A stretch of 64,000 nt of DNA, taken from assembly GCA_001949185.1 (NCBI GenBank), contig BDGG01000003.1, forward strand, positions 927,686 to 991,685. Direction: 5' to 3'. Under the pieces are notes generated by a model. That model was given only the letters and a program-made list of their open reading frames with translations. It searched no databases and was not told where the DNA came from. The translations under genes and the position numbers were made by a program. The stretch comes from Ramazzottius varieornatus (Eukaryota > Animalia > Tardigrada). Positions 49,933 through 63,921 of the stretch are shown one piece after another (position 1 is the first letter of the stretch; every line of letters starts with the position of its first letter).

Positions 49933-51974
49933 ATGGACGTTGAGGAGGAGGAATCTGAGACGGCAAGCTGTGCATCGGAAGTACCGGAGAACGATGATGA
50001 AGTTCTGGCTGAACCTGACGTAGTGGAAACTGGGGAAGATCAGCCGGACACAGAAAGCGATGACGACGACGTGCTCTACCAGATCAACGATATCGGTCCT
50101 TACTTCGGCAAGAATGGCGCTGTCCAATGGTCGCGCTTTCCGCTTGACATTGGGAAGACTCGTAGCGTCAACAAGATGACAGGAGAAGGCGGTGTAACCC
50201 CGCATGCAAGATCGCGCGTGATGGATATGCCGGACTGCATTGATTTGTTCCTCACTTCCGCCATAAAAGAATCGATCGTTCTGCACACAAACGAAGAGGG
50301 TAACCGTCGATACGGAAAGACAGAGTGGGTGCCTTTCGATGTGGTCGAGCTGGACGCCTTTCTGGGAATGTTGCTGCTTCAAGGAGTTCACATGGACGGA
50401 ACGGTGCCTGTTTCTGAGCTGTGGAGCGAAGGTGAGGGAAAAAAGATTTATCAAGCCTGTATGTCCCGAAAACGGTTCGCCCAGATTACGTGCAGCTTAC
50501 GCTTTGATGATAGCACTCGTGAGAAACGTGTGGAGCTGGACAAGATGACTCATGTGCGAGAGTTCTTTGAGATGTGGTCCCTGAGTTTGAGAACCAATTA
50601 TCTCCCGTACGAAAGTGCGTGTGTCGACGAGCAGCTCTTTCCGTTCAAAGGTCGATGTGGCTTCAAGCAGTACATCCCCACGAAGCCACGAAGCAAGTAT
50701 GGACTCAAGTTGTTTCTCCTGTGCTGCTGTCGAACATCACACTGCTGTAATATCCAGCTCTACACTGGAAAGCCCGTCGGAGGTAAACCAGAGAAGAATC
50801 AAGGAAAGCGTGTTGTGTTAGATCTGGTGGACTACCTAGGTAAATCTTTTGTGTTTTGATTGTAAACAAGATATCTGACCGTGTTATATGTTTGTTGTTG
50901 AAATCAATTAAGCCTGCGTTTGTTTTTCTGGTTTTAGGAGATGACTCGGGCAGGAACGTAACGACGGATAACTTTTTCACTTCATTGGCTTTGGGCGAAG
51001 CACTTCTGAAGAAGAATATCTCACTTATTGGAACCATACGGAAAAGTAGACCGGAAATTCCCTCTGCCTTTCTACCCAGTAAATACCGTGAAGTCCACTC
51101 CTCGCTGTTCGGCCATACTTCCGATTTCACCTTGGTTTCCTATGTTCCAAAGAAAGGCAAGGCAGTAACTCTGCTCAGCTCCATGCACCTCGACGCGTAA
51201 GTGAAGCATGACGTTTGAGCATAACTTTGATCGAGCGCACCTTATGATCATTCGTGACGTGACGTCATGCACGAAAGATGCGTACTCATGGAGATTGTTG
51301 ATCGAAAAGATGCGTGACGTCACTAAAATTTTACAGTGTTGCGGCTAAGCTATCTTACAAGATGACAGAACATCTGACGTCACAAGGTAATTTTACGTTT
51401 CAGCGACATTGACGAAAGTTCGAAAGAAGAGAAGCCTGAAATTGTGATGGAGTACAACCGAACGAAAGCCGGGGTAGACACTCTGGACCAGCTCACCGGA
51501 AACTACAGTTGTCGACGTAAGACCAGTCGTTGGCCGATGGCGTTGTTTTACGACATTCTGGACATCTCAGCGCTCGATGCGTACATCATATGGTGCGAGA
51601 TCAACCCTGGTTGGAATTCCACGTTGCCCACCAAACGTCGGATGTTCCTTCAAGACGTTAGTAAGAAGATGATGCAACGACAGCTCCTGAGACGCTCCAC
51701 GACGCCTAGTATTAGTTTCAGCATGAAGAAATTCGTATCGACCGTTGTACCACGCGTCCAAGTATCTTCAGATCAAGCAGTAGATGAGATGGCCAACACA
51801 AGCAAACCGAAAGCTTTGCAAAAGAAGCCAACTTGCTGTCGATTTTGCCCACGGAGTCTTGGGCGAAGAAGTATCATCACTTGCAGTCTGTGTAGTCTTC
51901 ATGTTTGTTCTGTCCATAGATCAGCAAAACAGATGGTTTTTTGTCTAGACTGCAGCGAGAAGAAATCTAAATGA
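49933..51974 (+). CDS. Intact piggyBac transposase, 578 aa (exons 49933-50839, 50938-51196, 51404-51974)
   Basis: Exons sum to 1737 nt with no stop; catalytic VDE, TDNFF, GVDTLD; C-terminal Cys-rich domain. Confidence 0.93.
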
Positions 51975-52536
51975 AATCGAATATCAAAGTAAATCTACTG
52001 CATCATTACCCAGGTCAACTGGCGGTACACAGTGTTGTTTCCATATGGTATCGTTCGCCACTTCACGTGGGTGTATTTTGATTGGTCGCTTTGTACCGCC
52101 CCCCTTCTCTCGACCAGTTAAAACGGTGCGCAAGTGAGTTGTACCCTTGGTATTCTAACAGCATGAAATCGCGTGGTGCTCAGAGTGTTAATATGCTCGG
52201 TGCGCGGTTATTTCGATCAGTTAATCAAATGCCGAAAGTGCAAAGACGACGTGCGCCGGAAGTGCTCGCTAGTGCGCGTCTCTCACTGGAGCGCTTTGCT
52301 CGTGTTAAGACTGGCTCTAACATCCTTGTGTTTTTCGACCACTCGGTTCGACTTCATCGCCACGACAACGTACGACAAAATGAACCTGTGATACAGTTCA
52401 CTATTTCAAACAACTGGATGTCATAAAAGGCTCTTTCCGAGTCAAAGTACTATGGACGCATTCTCGTATGCAGATACCCATATATCGATGTATTGAAATT
52501 TTCGATATCTGTTGGTATGGGCCGATCTTGGGCATA

Positions 52537-52869
52537 CGAGGTAAACGACATAATTCGGGCATAGGGGTTTTTCACTCGTAATTCGAGCATATTTTTTCTC
52601 AGCTCCTGCTGCGCGTAATGAACCGCTTCTTGTTTCCTGAGGTAGACTGATCCCTCTCCTCGAGGTTTCAATAGGTTTGAGAACGGGAAAGCGTTGTAGA
52701 TTACTGGAATTGGTCCTGGAAGAGAGATGGGTCAGTCCAATGTTAAAAAGCCTAGTGTTGTATCAACACACGTACGATGAGGGATGAAACAAGCGTTGAA
52801 GGTAATGTTCAAACCTTTCGCGAATTATGGTGCGAAAATCGATATGCCTGAATTATGTCGTTTACCTCG
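52537..52869. mobile_element. Mariner-type MITE nested in a family-C element
   Basis: TA-CGAGGTAAACGACATAATTCGGGCATA ... TATGCCTGAATTATGTCGTTTACCTCG-TA. Confidence 0.85.
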
Positions 52870-55800
52870 TACCGATATTTTGATACGGTATTTTTTCGAT
52901 AACATATCGCACCGAACTCGATATTTTTCGATACGACACGATAATAGCGTACTTTTTCCAGCTTTAGCCAGAAGTGTCACAACAATTAGACAACAACAAG
53001 GTCATGGAGTTAAACAAGGGTAAAACCACGACATTTTGTTCGTCAGCCGAAAGCTGCGGCAGTGGTTGCTCGGAGCTGAGTTCGTTCTGCATCCCCACAG
53101 GTCAAAGCGGTTAGGAATTGACACAGAAACTGCAAATTAGAAGTGAAAGGGCTTTTGTAGCGGTCCGCATTACAGGTAATGCCGATCCACGGATACCTTT
53201 CGCAATAACCTGGGTCCAGGGTGAATCATGTCTGCGTACCAGGCCAGATGCTGCTCAGCGAGTTCGCGAGATGCAGACCATACTGGTATCCCGGCGGTTC
53301 TCATCGCGAGCATGGCCCAGTTCTTTCAGCTGTTGTCTCGCGGTCTCGTCGCTCACCCATGCAAAATTTTCCCAGTTAACGTTGGCTGGACGCGTGTGGT
53401 CCGCAGGAGCTATACTTTCAAACCGTGTATTCCTGGGTTTCCGTGAACGGTCTTGTGTGAAGAAGACTTTGCATAAGTACGCTTACCAGTGGACATCCAG
53501 ATGGTTTCCATTCCTTTACGCCAATGTAGCGTTCTTAGCTTTGTCGCTACTTTTGTTATTTCGTCTAAAACAAACAGACCTGATTCCGTCCACTGTTGAC
53601 ACCTCTCCGCCGATTCGCTACTTCGAACTACAGTAAAATCCGGAAGGGACCAACATCCGTGAATACGGCTACGTACAGTACCTCTGAATACTTGGACTTC
53701 TTGTTTTCCGAACTTTGGAGCCGCCACGGAACGCTGAAAAGTAACAAGCAGCAGCGGTCGATACCGTGACGAGTAGACACCAGAACCTTTTAACGTATCA
53801 ACTGTACAGTGTTGGAAATGCGCGCCTTCGCGTTCGCCCATACGCGCACAACGAGAAATTATCGGTCAGTAGGTAATATGGGCCAGGCATTTTCGGTACG
53901 GCGGTACGGAAGATCGCACGTACGCGACTGATTCAAATTATTAGTAATACACTCTTCGACACTTTTCTAAGTTTGAATTTCCATTTTGCCGTCTTTTCCG
54001 CCTGGCCGATAATTTCTCGTCGTGCATGTACAGATTTTGTCTGCAACTATCGGTCTGGCCCAGCGATTGTGTGACTGGAAACTTTCAACTGGAAACCACT
54101 CAAAAATCCAGACAGAAAACCCGGAAAGGAGACAATTTATAGACTGCAAAGATACCCCATACACCTACCGCTCCAAAGTGGAAAAGAGCAAGGCTCGGTG
54201 TATCGTGTGTTAGGCTCCATCTCGATAAGAGCTTTTTCAGTCGAGCAGCGTATGGATGGACGATCCAATAGAACATCTAAAAAATATAAATCCGTACCCA
54301 TAAGGCGTGTAGCTTTTTGTACAGTATTGCTGATAAAACCTAATGTACAAACCAGGGTGGTATTGTGTTCCTTCGAGAAGAAAACGCGGTCTTCTTGGAA
54401 ATGGTTCTCGGATGCGCTAAACGTGAATAACTGATTGTTGAGTGCATTCCATGCAAGCATGCAGAGATGTCTTAGCCGGGAATACCGACGGTCTTGTTGT
54501 GAAGCACATACAGACCTTTTCTAACGTCTCCCGATCTGCAATACCGCGTCAGAAAGTACAAACTTTTAACTCAGGTTGCCTGCAGAAAGACTAACGTACA
54601 TGGTAGGAATCTCGTTTGACGTTGAATCCATGATGTCCGGACATTTGCTTTCGGCTTGCTTGAAGAACTCAAGCGTGCTCCGACAGCTGTCCGACAACTG
54701 GTCCTTCGTGGAGCTAGCAATCCAGAAAGAGGAGTTCAAGTTACTGGACGGTGTCCATGTGTGCTCATATTTCAAGCGCCACACAGATATAACGGACAAT
54801 AACGCCAAACCAGCGCACAGCAAAACCGCGTGGTCGAAATGGACATCCGGAGGGACCATCCAGCATTTCGTGCTCATCTCTGGGGTTTAACGTTCGCCGA
54901 CAAATACAAACGGGATGCAGGCTCTAACCATTTCCTAGTCTGATTTACTGCCAAAAAGAAACCGGTCAGCAATCTGCGGTAATTACGCAAGCTCTTCAAA
55001 TTAAAGGTGTAAGCGACGCACACTAGTTTGGAAGCATGATCACTAAAACAAATGAGGAGTTTGCTGTCTTTCACTGGTAAGCAGTATGAGGGTGAAGTTG
55101 TAAGGTTCGCCTTACGCCGAGGTATAAAGTTAGCCACCACATATATTAGGAATCACAGCATGCAGAAATTATCAGGTCAGCAATATGCATTAATTACGTA
55201 AACACCTCACGCTAAAGGGGCAAGCGAGACACGCTGGTATGTAGGCATGGCAACCAAAACAAAAGAGCATAGCTTGTCGCCTTTTACAGGTGAGTGGTAC
55301 CGATACATCGTGTCGAACACCCGTCGGCACACACTGAAAAGTGTGCTGAAGTGACAGAGTGCGGTTTTCTGGAAATGTTTCTGGCCATTCGAAAGCTACT
55401 GTACACTGAGCATGGCAGAAGGATCAACAAGACAACTTGTCTGCATCAAAAAAGTACCCGCGTAACGCTTCAAGTTGAAGGGAGATATCCAGTGCGAAAT
55501 CGGTGATCATATGTATAACGTCACGGAATTTAGGAAACATTCAGTCAGGCCAGGTTTGCTCCTTGCTACAAATGACGTCCCCTGAAGCTTTGACCGTACG
55601 GCCGTTGGATAATGTCCGCAAAACGACTTCACTAACGTTACCTGCCTTTCTGAACCATGGTGAATGCGGCGCGGTGGTAGGTTAAGGTCGGATGCACAGC
55701 CGTGTATACCGGTCAAGACTGTGTACGAGAATCACGTACATGTGTTATTAGTATCACGAAAAGATTCACACACCATGACGCGCGCGAGTCAGACCGCGTA

Positions 55801-56104
55801 CCGCGAACCAAGAACGGCATAGGCGAGAACAAGCTAAAAGAAGATACGAACAGCCTCGACATCGGTTAAGATGTCAAAAAGCCTTCGGACACGGCCCAAA
55901 AACACCGTCAGCGCAGTCGTCGATTCGGCTGTTTTCTGTCCATATCGTCAAAGACTTAGACATAACACGAATGTACCACATAAGAAGATGCAGCAACAAG
56001 GCACCGGACATTGGGGCCATTGGATGATGGATGTTGTGTCCTAATTTCGCTGATAGGTTTAATGGCCTAATACTGCCAGGTGGAAACACCAGTCGACGAT
56101 GAGG

Positions 56105-56111
56105 TATAAAA
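56105..56111 (+). promoter_or_regulatory. TATA box of the chitin-binding protein gene
   Basis: TATAAAA with Inr-like TCAGT about 35 nt downstream. Confidence 0.55.
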
Positions 56112-56198
56112 GTAAAAAAGTCTGAACAGAGAAAATTATCAGTCTTCAGATCTTTTTCATCATTCAAGGTTTCTTACAGCCAGGTCTCCTCATCAACC

Positions 56199-56862
56199 AT
56201 GAAGTGCCTTATCGTCCTCTCCGCCTTCGTGGCTGTGGCCTGCGCTGCCAGCGGTGACCAGAACCCCAAGGTCTTCAGCGCCTTGGACGTTCTCCGTGGA
56301 AAGTCTCCACTGCAGACCGATGAGATCCGACAGATCTACGCCAACGCTCAACCTGGCCAGGACTTTCCCATCCTCTCCGAAATCCCTCAATCCAACATCG
56401 ACTGCGCCCAGTTCAAGCAAGCCGGATTCTACGCTGACGAAGCCGGACAATGCCAAGTCTTCCATCGATGCGATGTCAACGGAGTCCTGACCAGCTACCT
56501 GTGCCCCAACATGAGCGTGAGTACTTCTCGTTCGCGTCTCGTTTGGGCAACACTTGATCTCTTGGCAGGATTTCTCATGGCACACTTTTCGATTTTCGTA
56601 GTTGTTCAACCAAATTACCTTGGTCTGCGATTGGTTCTGGAACGTTGACTGTAAGCAGTCCAAGCAATTCCAGGATTACTCCAACAGCCGTCTGTACCAG
56701 GAAGGAAGCCGACTGTTGGATGACGAGAACGACTACGAACTGAAGGCTGCCACTGGTGCCGTCCTGTCTTCCGCCGACTCCCGATCCAGCAACAAGATGA
56801 CGAACGCCGAATCCGAATCAGGGTCCTCCGGCAAGCGTCGACGAGTCAAGAAGCAACGCTAG
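56199..56862 (+). CDS. Secreted chitin-binding (CBM14/peritrophin-A, CPAP1-like) protein (intron ~56517-56601)
   Basis: Signal peptide; PGQDFP; 6-Cys domain C..GFYAD..CQVFHRC..SYLCPNMS/LFNQITLVCDWFWNVDC. Confidence 0.92.
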
Positions 56863-57488
56863 TCGGCTTAATCCAGCAGCCTGAGCGTCGGGGAATCTTC
56901 CTAATAAGCTGTGAAATAGTCTGCGAAACGATTTCGTCATCTCATTTATCTTTTTGATCTATTTATTGTCAACCACCTGCTCAAAAATGACTCAGTGCTT
57001 TTCTCCGACAATTGATTCCTTCTGATAATACTTTCCTCTTTCTCCATATACATTTTTATCCATCGACGTACAGTTGTACCAGCTATGAAACTGCCCCAAA
57101 TGATAAACCAAGGATGTTCAATATCTTACACTGGCGTCAATCTCATGGTGCAAAGCAACAGTCTGAAGCGGTGAACCAGTAGAACACGACACCCGGCACG
57201 TCAGATTCCGCAGTGTACTTATCGAGCTTCCAATTTCACCTAAGCTTCGCAGTGAAATTTCAACGAAGATTCTCACGTAAACCGTAAGAACTAGCACAGC
57301 ATTTATGTGCTGGCGCCGTCGGCAAGACTGGCTGATTTCCGACCAGACATGATGTCAATTATGGAATGATTGCCCGTCTTCGCGATGCAAATGAGTTTCA
57401 CTGATCTAGATCGGTTGCTTAAACTCTAGTCCATCGGAGCTTTTCTGCGGTCTATCAAAACTCTTTTTCGAGACGATGGTTTTTCGTA

Positions 57489-57695
57489 CTGTATTCCCTC
57501 TAAGGTTTCGCGCAGTCACGTGATAGGCCAGTAAATATCGCGTGGCGGGGATAAAAAGCTTCACTGCCTTCAATCACAAATTACTAATCAATCAAGTGCA
57601 GCAATGTGCCACTATCAATCGATCAGTGGTATGAAGCCCCGGGTGTAATTCACTGGTCTGACACGTGATTGCGCGAAACCTTAGAGGGAATACAG
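57489..57695. mobile_element. MITE family B (TA TSD)
   Basis: TIR CTGTATTCCCTCTAAGGTTTCGCGCAGTCACGTG inverted at both ends. Confidence 0.9.
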
Positions 57696-57810
57696 TACGT
57701 CTAAAGAGCCCCCTCTGCAGTTCCTGCTCTATCAATAACTTTTCCGCTTTACCTGCGTATTGGGGGAACATGGAGAGTTTTCAAAATTTAGACGCAGCTG
57801 CGACGAACTG

Positions 57811-57959
57811 TACCACAAAAACGTCCTAACTTTGTTAGCCGCTACAACTTTGCTAGTATACGTCAGATTACGTCACGAGCTTAAAGTGCCCACAAATTCC
57901 TCGTGACGTATGCTAGCAAAGTTGTATGCGCTAGAAAAGTTGGGACTTTTTCCTCGTAC
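57811..57959. mobile_element. Degenerate palindromic MITE
   Basis: tacaactttgctagtatacgtca inverted against tgacgtatgctagcaaagttgta, with weaker outer arms. Confidence 0.65.
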
Positions 57960-58751
57960 CAAAAGAGCATGCTTAGTGCGGTCTTAGAACGTGGCAATGC
58001 GGCTCTAAACTTCGAAGCTTTTTAATCAGATCGTAATTGAGCGGATGTTGCAAGCAATCAAAAGCTTTCAAAGGGTGAGTAAGGATGCTTCTGAGACTGG
58101 ACGATGGGTATGTCTGGCTAATACATAGTACATTAGATCAAATTGTCTTCCGGAAGAAGATGAGATCGGTGGCCTAGTGGCTTTGTGGGACGAAGACAGC
58201 AGGACATCAATGCTCCTTTGATGGAATGCCCAGTGGACGTTTCAAGTGCTTTAGCAATGATCACCCGCCGCTTCCATTTGCCATGTATTCGTGTCAGACC
58301 GGAAGAAACGACTAATCGATGGCGCCATTATCCCTGATATTGCGGTTAGGCGAACCATGGTACGTGTTCCTTTTCGTGCAAGACTTTTGTGTTAAACTTA
58401 GACTAAAATAACAACAAGATACAATAGATAGAAGGAATTACTGTACAAAAAAATACTGAACTTGAACGAAAATAAATTTGCAATCCATGAACGAGTAGAA
58501 TATTTCGACAGTACAACACTTTATACCCAGAAAATGCAACAGAAACGTTGTCATAAGGATAAAAAAGAAAATTATATTCTTCTGTGCTAACCGTGTTCGG
58601 TTTTCGTCTGCTGCTGGTCGCCAGATATGTCTTTGATTCGGTCCTTTTTGGTGAGGTCCACCGGAATAGTTGAGAATATACTGTACATTTGATGGATGTC
58701 GTTGAGTATCGAAAGTTTCATTCATGCAGATGTTTACAGCATCGGTTTTGG

Positions 58752-61700
58752 TCAAGAAAAGCATTGAGCGAGAATCAGGGCCAGCAAAGTGAGACTTGTC
58801 GGCGTTGTCGAACTTATCGTTCCCTTGGTCGACGCTATAAAAACGCCCGTTGTCAGTTTACGATGTCTGGACTTGCAGTATATCAAACATAAACGATGCA
58901 ATGAAATGGGATCTTACAGCTTCGAGGCAAGAATACTCCAGGATGACCCACAAAGGTGTAGGTTCCCCGGAAACCATGATTGGTCCACTGTTGGCCTGAC
59001 TTGAAGAGTACATTGACCACTCGGTTCCCGAAGTTGATCTGAGGTGGTGCGCGTTTTCCGCAATAGAGAGTAGCATTCTTTGTCCGTTTCAGGTCGTCGT
59101 CGTCGGCAGGCGACGCAAAATTCTTCCAGTTCAGTTCGCCTTCTTGAAAGTAGACGTAGTCGTCATCAGGACGTCGACAGCTGAACCCAAAAAAAACTAT
59201 CATCTGCCGATGCGTCGAACATTAAATTCGGAATGTGGGTAAATAATTTAGACTAGGTCGTTTCCCCAAGTGGCGCACACTTCCAGCCCACACTCCACAG
59301 CACTGAAACGTGCGCCACTTGAAATAACAGTCTGATTCAGTTTATTTGCCCACGCCTCATTTGATTAATTGATCACTTACTCATGATGGCCATCCACTTC
59401 GAACTTGTTAAAATTCAGCCGGATGCTTTGATTGCCGTACGCACGGAAGGTGTACAGACAGTTGACTGCGTAAGGGTATAGCCCGCCGAAGTTGGGACTG
59501 TCAAAGTCTCCGGTGTTGGAGACGCGTCGACCATCGAAGATGAAATGGCAACCTGAATGATAGACACCATTGTAGAATCGCGTGACCAAAGTCGTTACAG
59601 TACGTGACGCTGATGAGTTCCATCATTACCTGCTGTTTTATTGTGTTCTGCCTGGGTGCGGATACCGTAGTCCTTTGTGAAGGCATACTTGGCTTTGAAC
59701 ATATGCAAGGCTTTGATGTTGGGATTTTCTTTGGTCCGTACGGTGAAGATGACTGTCAGAGGCTGCCCCACAGCCATGACGATTTCCGGGTGCTTCTTTC
59801 CGCAGTACTCGCCAAGTTGATTCCCCGGATTGAAATTGGTCCGACTTGTGCCGATGAAAATCTTAACCGAATCCGACAAGTCACAGTTGGTGGTCCTGCA
59901 ACAAAAACAGCCAGATGAATTCGATAAGCTAGCTATGCGTGTAACACCCAAGGAACCAATAGACTTACGCAGGTACTTCGCCCGATTCACGAAGGTTGAA
60001 GTAGGAGAATATCAGCTGGATCTGTTCATCGGCTTTCGGCTGGAACTTGAAAGTACACTGCATGTTTTCTGCCGGGTAGGACTGCGAATGGTTCGGCGAA
60101 GTTATGTAACCCCAGTGACTATGCGGCGAACTCTGGATAGTCCGCGTTCCGCTACAAAGGATGGCTCCATTGGATGAACCGATGGTTTGTGATGAGGCCA
60201 GACGAAACAATGCTGTGAAAAAAAACAGAAAGGGATGTAGTCACCATCTTGCGTCAATACGTGATTCGCGTTGATATTCGAATCCTCGTGGAAATTGTAG
60301 TTTTATACGCTGGTCCCCATTTTTGTCCATTTTTTGACCACACAAAGATTTGAAGCGCCTTTTTCGTGTCTTCCCGCTATCATTTGATCCGTCGATTATT
60401 TAACTTTCTAATTTTCAGAGCTTTGCTTATCGAGCTAAACATCCCGAGTTTGGGGTTTTCGGTTGCGTGACTAACTCTTGTGCAACGTGAAATGAGTCCC
60501 ATTGAGGAAAAGCAAACACTGTAGCAAAATGTGGAGCTGACGTCAGTCTCCTTGTTTTCTCCCACGCTGTGGTACAACCGATTCCATTAATACGGGGAAA
60601 GTAGGAAACAGGATCAGCTGTTACACACGACTCCACAGCGCCACGCGCCTGGCATGCCGAAATACACAGTGGAGTAATCGATATAAATTCTCTCAACGGC
60701 GTGTGTGTACAAAGCACTTTTTCACAGCTTCCGCTTGTTTCCTCAAACCGACATACCCGGAAGTGAACTACCGTAGTGTTTCAGCTGATCAGTTCAGAAG
60801 CGGAAATTTTGAAAGTTTAAGGAATTTCCGTGGAACCCCAAAATCACCCAATGCTTCAGTGCATCAGATCATGAAATTCGGGCTTCATATCATTCTCAAC
60901 AGCTGTGGGCATAAAAGGGTAAGATTCCTGTTCTGCACACAGCACAAACCCAACCCTTCGCTTATCGCTGCTTTCCACTCCTATGATTCGCACAATCCAT
61001 CCTTCATAATTTATTCCTTCCTTTTTCATCTCACCCCAATCCCTTTCAACCCTAACACCATACCCATAGCCTTCACACACAGACTTGGCTTTGGTTAACT
61101 CGCCATGCCACAATCGCTGGCTGCCATTTCACAATTCCCTTCGCACTACAGCACACGCCTCATTGCGTAATATCTTCCAGTTGCTCTTGCTTTACTTATG
61201 TAACTGCTAATCATCCACCAGTGATCGGCGTAACATGTCAAATCCAGCTGGATGAAGGCTCACGCCTTTTTCTCCTCTCTAGGAAATTCCTCCCCGAAAT
61301 CTTGTCTTTGCCTTATCCAAAATACTACATGGTGGGCGACAAAATTTTGTTTCTAATCAAACAATCAACCTGTGAGATAATCGCAAGTGATCCCGCAGGT
61401 TGATTGCTTGCGGTTATCGCCTGAGGAGGCCTCGTGGAAATTTTCAATCAGTGAATCAACTCAGCCGAGAAAATGTTTGACGAAAGAGGATGGACAGCAC
61501 TGGGTAAACACTCCCATAGTGAGCAATCTGATCAAATTTCACATTGCATTACAGTCAACGGATCGAAATTCAGGATAAATTGGATCTGGTCCCTCTGTTC
61601 CCTGGCTCGGAATGTGGACATTTTGGGAGCGAGCTGGACAACCACTGCCTACTGATCGCACTATTCCTCATTATTCGTACGAGTGGCCCACATTTTAATA

Positions 61701-61937
61701 TGCAGCTGTGAAATGATTACGCCTTCGGGATCAGTGCATCCTTATAGCAGATTAAAATTTAATAACATCCGAACGGCGTCACATTTTGATAAATTGGTGT
61801 CTAATTTCCGATTATTGGGAATAAATCGCCGCCCACGTGGAACGGCGGCAGGTTTGGGTGTACTTAGGTTCGTGACTCAAGAAGAATTTACCTGTAAGAA
61901 ATAGGACCAGTAATCCAGGTCTATCCGTGAGAAACAT
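58752..61937 (-). CDS. Two-CUB-domain cell-surface protein with signal peptide and GPI-like tail (SOL-1/LEV-10-type architecture)
   Basis: Exon 61937-61892 spliced to 60212 gives signal MFLTDRPGLLVLFLTALFRLASS; CUB1 ITSPNHSQSYP..CTF..YCG; CUB2 FDSPNFGGLYP..CLY..YCG..GFRGTY; last exon SSTKGTISSTTPTSLTLLALILAQCFS*. Confidence 0.8.
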
Positions 61938-63756
61938 TTCCAATTGGGTGAGTTTTAATGATAACAACGGAGATCGTTTTATGGCGGAATAAAACAGTGT
62001 GATGCGGTAAATAATGACGAAGAAACTGACGGAAGAAAAGTGGTCACGCAGCCGTGCGCGAAAACACAAACACAGCGTGGCGTAATGCTGCACACAATAA
62101 GTCGTAAAGTAGTGTGCGTAAGTTTACAAACGTGATGAGAGGCGGTGTGGAAAAAGGAGACTAATCCCACTAGCTGTTATGATTTCCAGCTAGTAAAAAA
62201 ACTAGTCTGATGAATAAACAGATGAATGAAATTTTAGATACACCGTGGTGGAAAAGGCGCCAATGTACAATCATACGCGCAGCAGTCATTGACCACCTTA
62301 CAAACTTGAACGGATCAGAGGAGAATGCAATAAAGATGCAAAGGCGGAAACGCCGAGCAGAGATTGGCGAAGATCTGTTTCTCAAGGATGTAAAGCAAAC
62401 CGTCGTTGCCGTTGACGTCGATCGGCACTTGAGTTTATACTGCTAGTATAAACGCAACAGCAAGGGAGGACTTTAATACAACAGCAGTGCAATTTTCATT
62501 GGCAGATAAAAGGGACGAAAGAAAGAAGGAGAAACCATCAGATGAAGTTTTGCCTTTATTGCGTAATCGTTACGCTCGCATGCATGTTAAATATTTCACA
62601 GGAAATAGTGCGAGATAGAAGCAAAGCTGGGATACGAAAGCAGGGAGTTGTCCGGGTTGAAGGCGGCCCAAGGTTTTGCCTGGGGAATGGAAACTGACGA
62701 GAGGTGGAAAAGAGGGAGAGAAAGGCTGAAAGTTTGGACTTGCCGGGATAACACTTGGCGACGTCAAGGCTCCTTCACGTCATCTTTCTGCCTTCGCCCA
62801 CAAGGCAATAAGCATGTTTGATCTAGCCAGTTGAAATGAGGATGGCGCAACTGAAATGCAGCGGTTATGTGCAGTACATACTCTGGACTTTCCTCCAGAG
62901 TACACTTTACAGTTCTCTCCCTCGTACATGAGACCATTGAAAATTGCGCCAGTACGTACTCTCTTTGTATCCTACGGTATTTATGGATCATTTTTATCCA
63001 GAGCCAGCTCAGAAAACTCTTAACACGTTGCAGAGCCAAAAACCAAGAACCTGGCCGCCACTCGGACACGTGCGACATTCACATAGTTCCGACTAGCCGG
63101 TCTCTACGAATGAATTAGGTTTCTTGTTCCCCAAGCTAGAGAATATCGAGCAGGGAATGCAGAGAAGTAACTCGCAAAGTCATAGCAGCATGTTGACTCG
63201 CTCTATGTGGAATCGTGCAGACTAGAAACGGTGGGAAAAACTCGGCCTGAAGCATGTTGAACTCAGTAGCGCCACCTGGAAAACCGAGTAAGGACAAAGC
63301 ACAGTCATACATTCAGATCTGCCGTCCGAGTATGACTAGTCCAGTACTATCAAACATTCCCTTGCTCGATAGCTCGGGAATGAACCATGTTTAATCCTGA
63401 CCCTAGGCTAGAAGAGGTGGGAGTGGAGGAGTTGAATCTTCCCTTTTTTCTTCTTGTTTTGGTATGGACCTCGTTTCCTACGGGGAATCTAAGGCTGAAA
63501 CTAACAAGACTTTCGATTAGAAGATCTTTCTGTGTGTTTCTGTCCGATTTGGTCCAGTGCCACGTGTTTGCCCAAAACAATCGTCGTCGGGTGTCTTAAA
63601 CATCAAGAGTCGAGAAGCACAGACCATCGACGGTAGCTTGCGATTTCAGTCGCAAATGAAATTCCGCTGGACACGGAGCTAAGTTCTTCTATCATGGCTA
63701 ACACGGCCCGTGGGTTACAAAGTCATTTCACATCAAAAGCAGCAATACAGTTCATA

Positions 63757-63921
63757 CAGTGTACGACAAAATAAACCGTTAAAAATGTGTGTATGGAGCC
63801 AGTTGGTCAAAGCCAATGGAATTTGCGCATGCAGTAAAACCTAATTCTCATTGGCTGAGTCATAAGTAAGCTCAGCTGGAGTGTTACCCCCATTTCTAAC
63901 GGTTAATTTTGTCGTACACTG
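63757..63921. mobile_element. MITE family A copy, inverted relative to 27287
   Basis: TA-CAGTGTACGACAAAATAAACCGTT ... AACGGTTAATTTTGTCGTACACTG-TA. Confidence 0.85.

Larger units (their letters stand above)
48639..52187 (+). mobile_element. piggyBac-superfamily transposon (TTAA at 48635-48638 and 52188-52191)
   Basis: Left TIR CACTTAGAATACCAAGGGTACAACTCACTTG; right TIR CAAGTGAGTTGTACCCTTGGTATTCTAA-[26-bp insert]-GTG-TTAA. Confidence 0.92.

Noticed and set aside
53100-55900. Short ORFs, possibly a decayed TE or pseudogene
   Set aside because: No motif, terminus or splice pattern I can support.
41363-61937. WAP plus CUB genes as a LEV-9/LEV-10-like AChR-clustering system linked to the AChBP gene
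   Set aside because: Tens of kb apart, separated by housekeeping genes; the WAP protein has no sushi domains; both domains are common.
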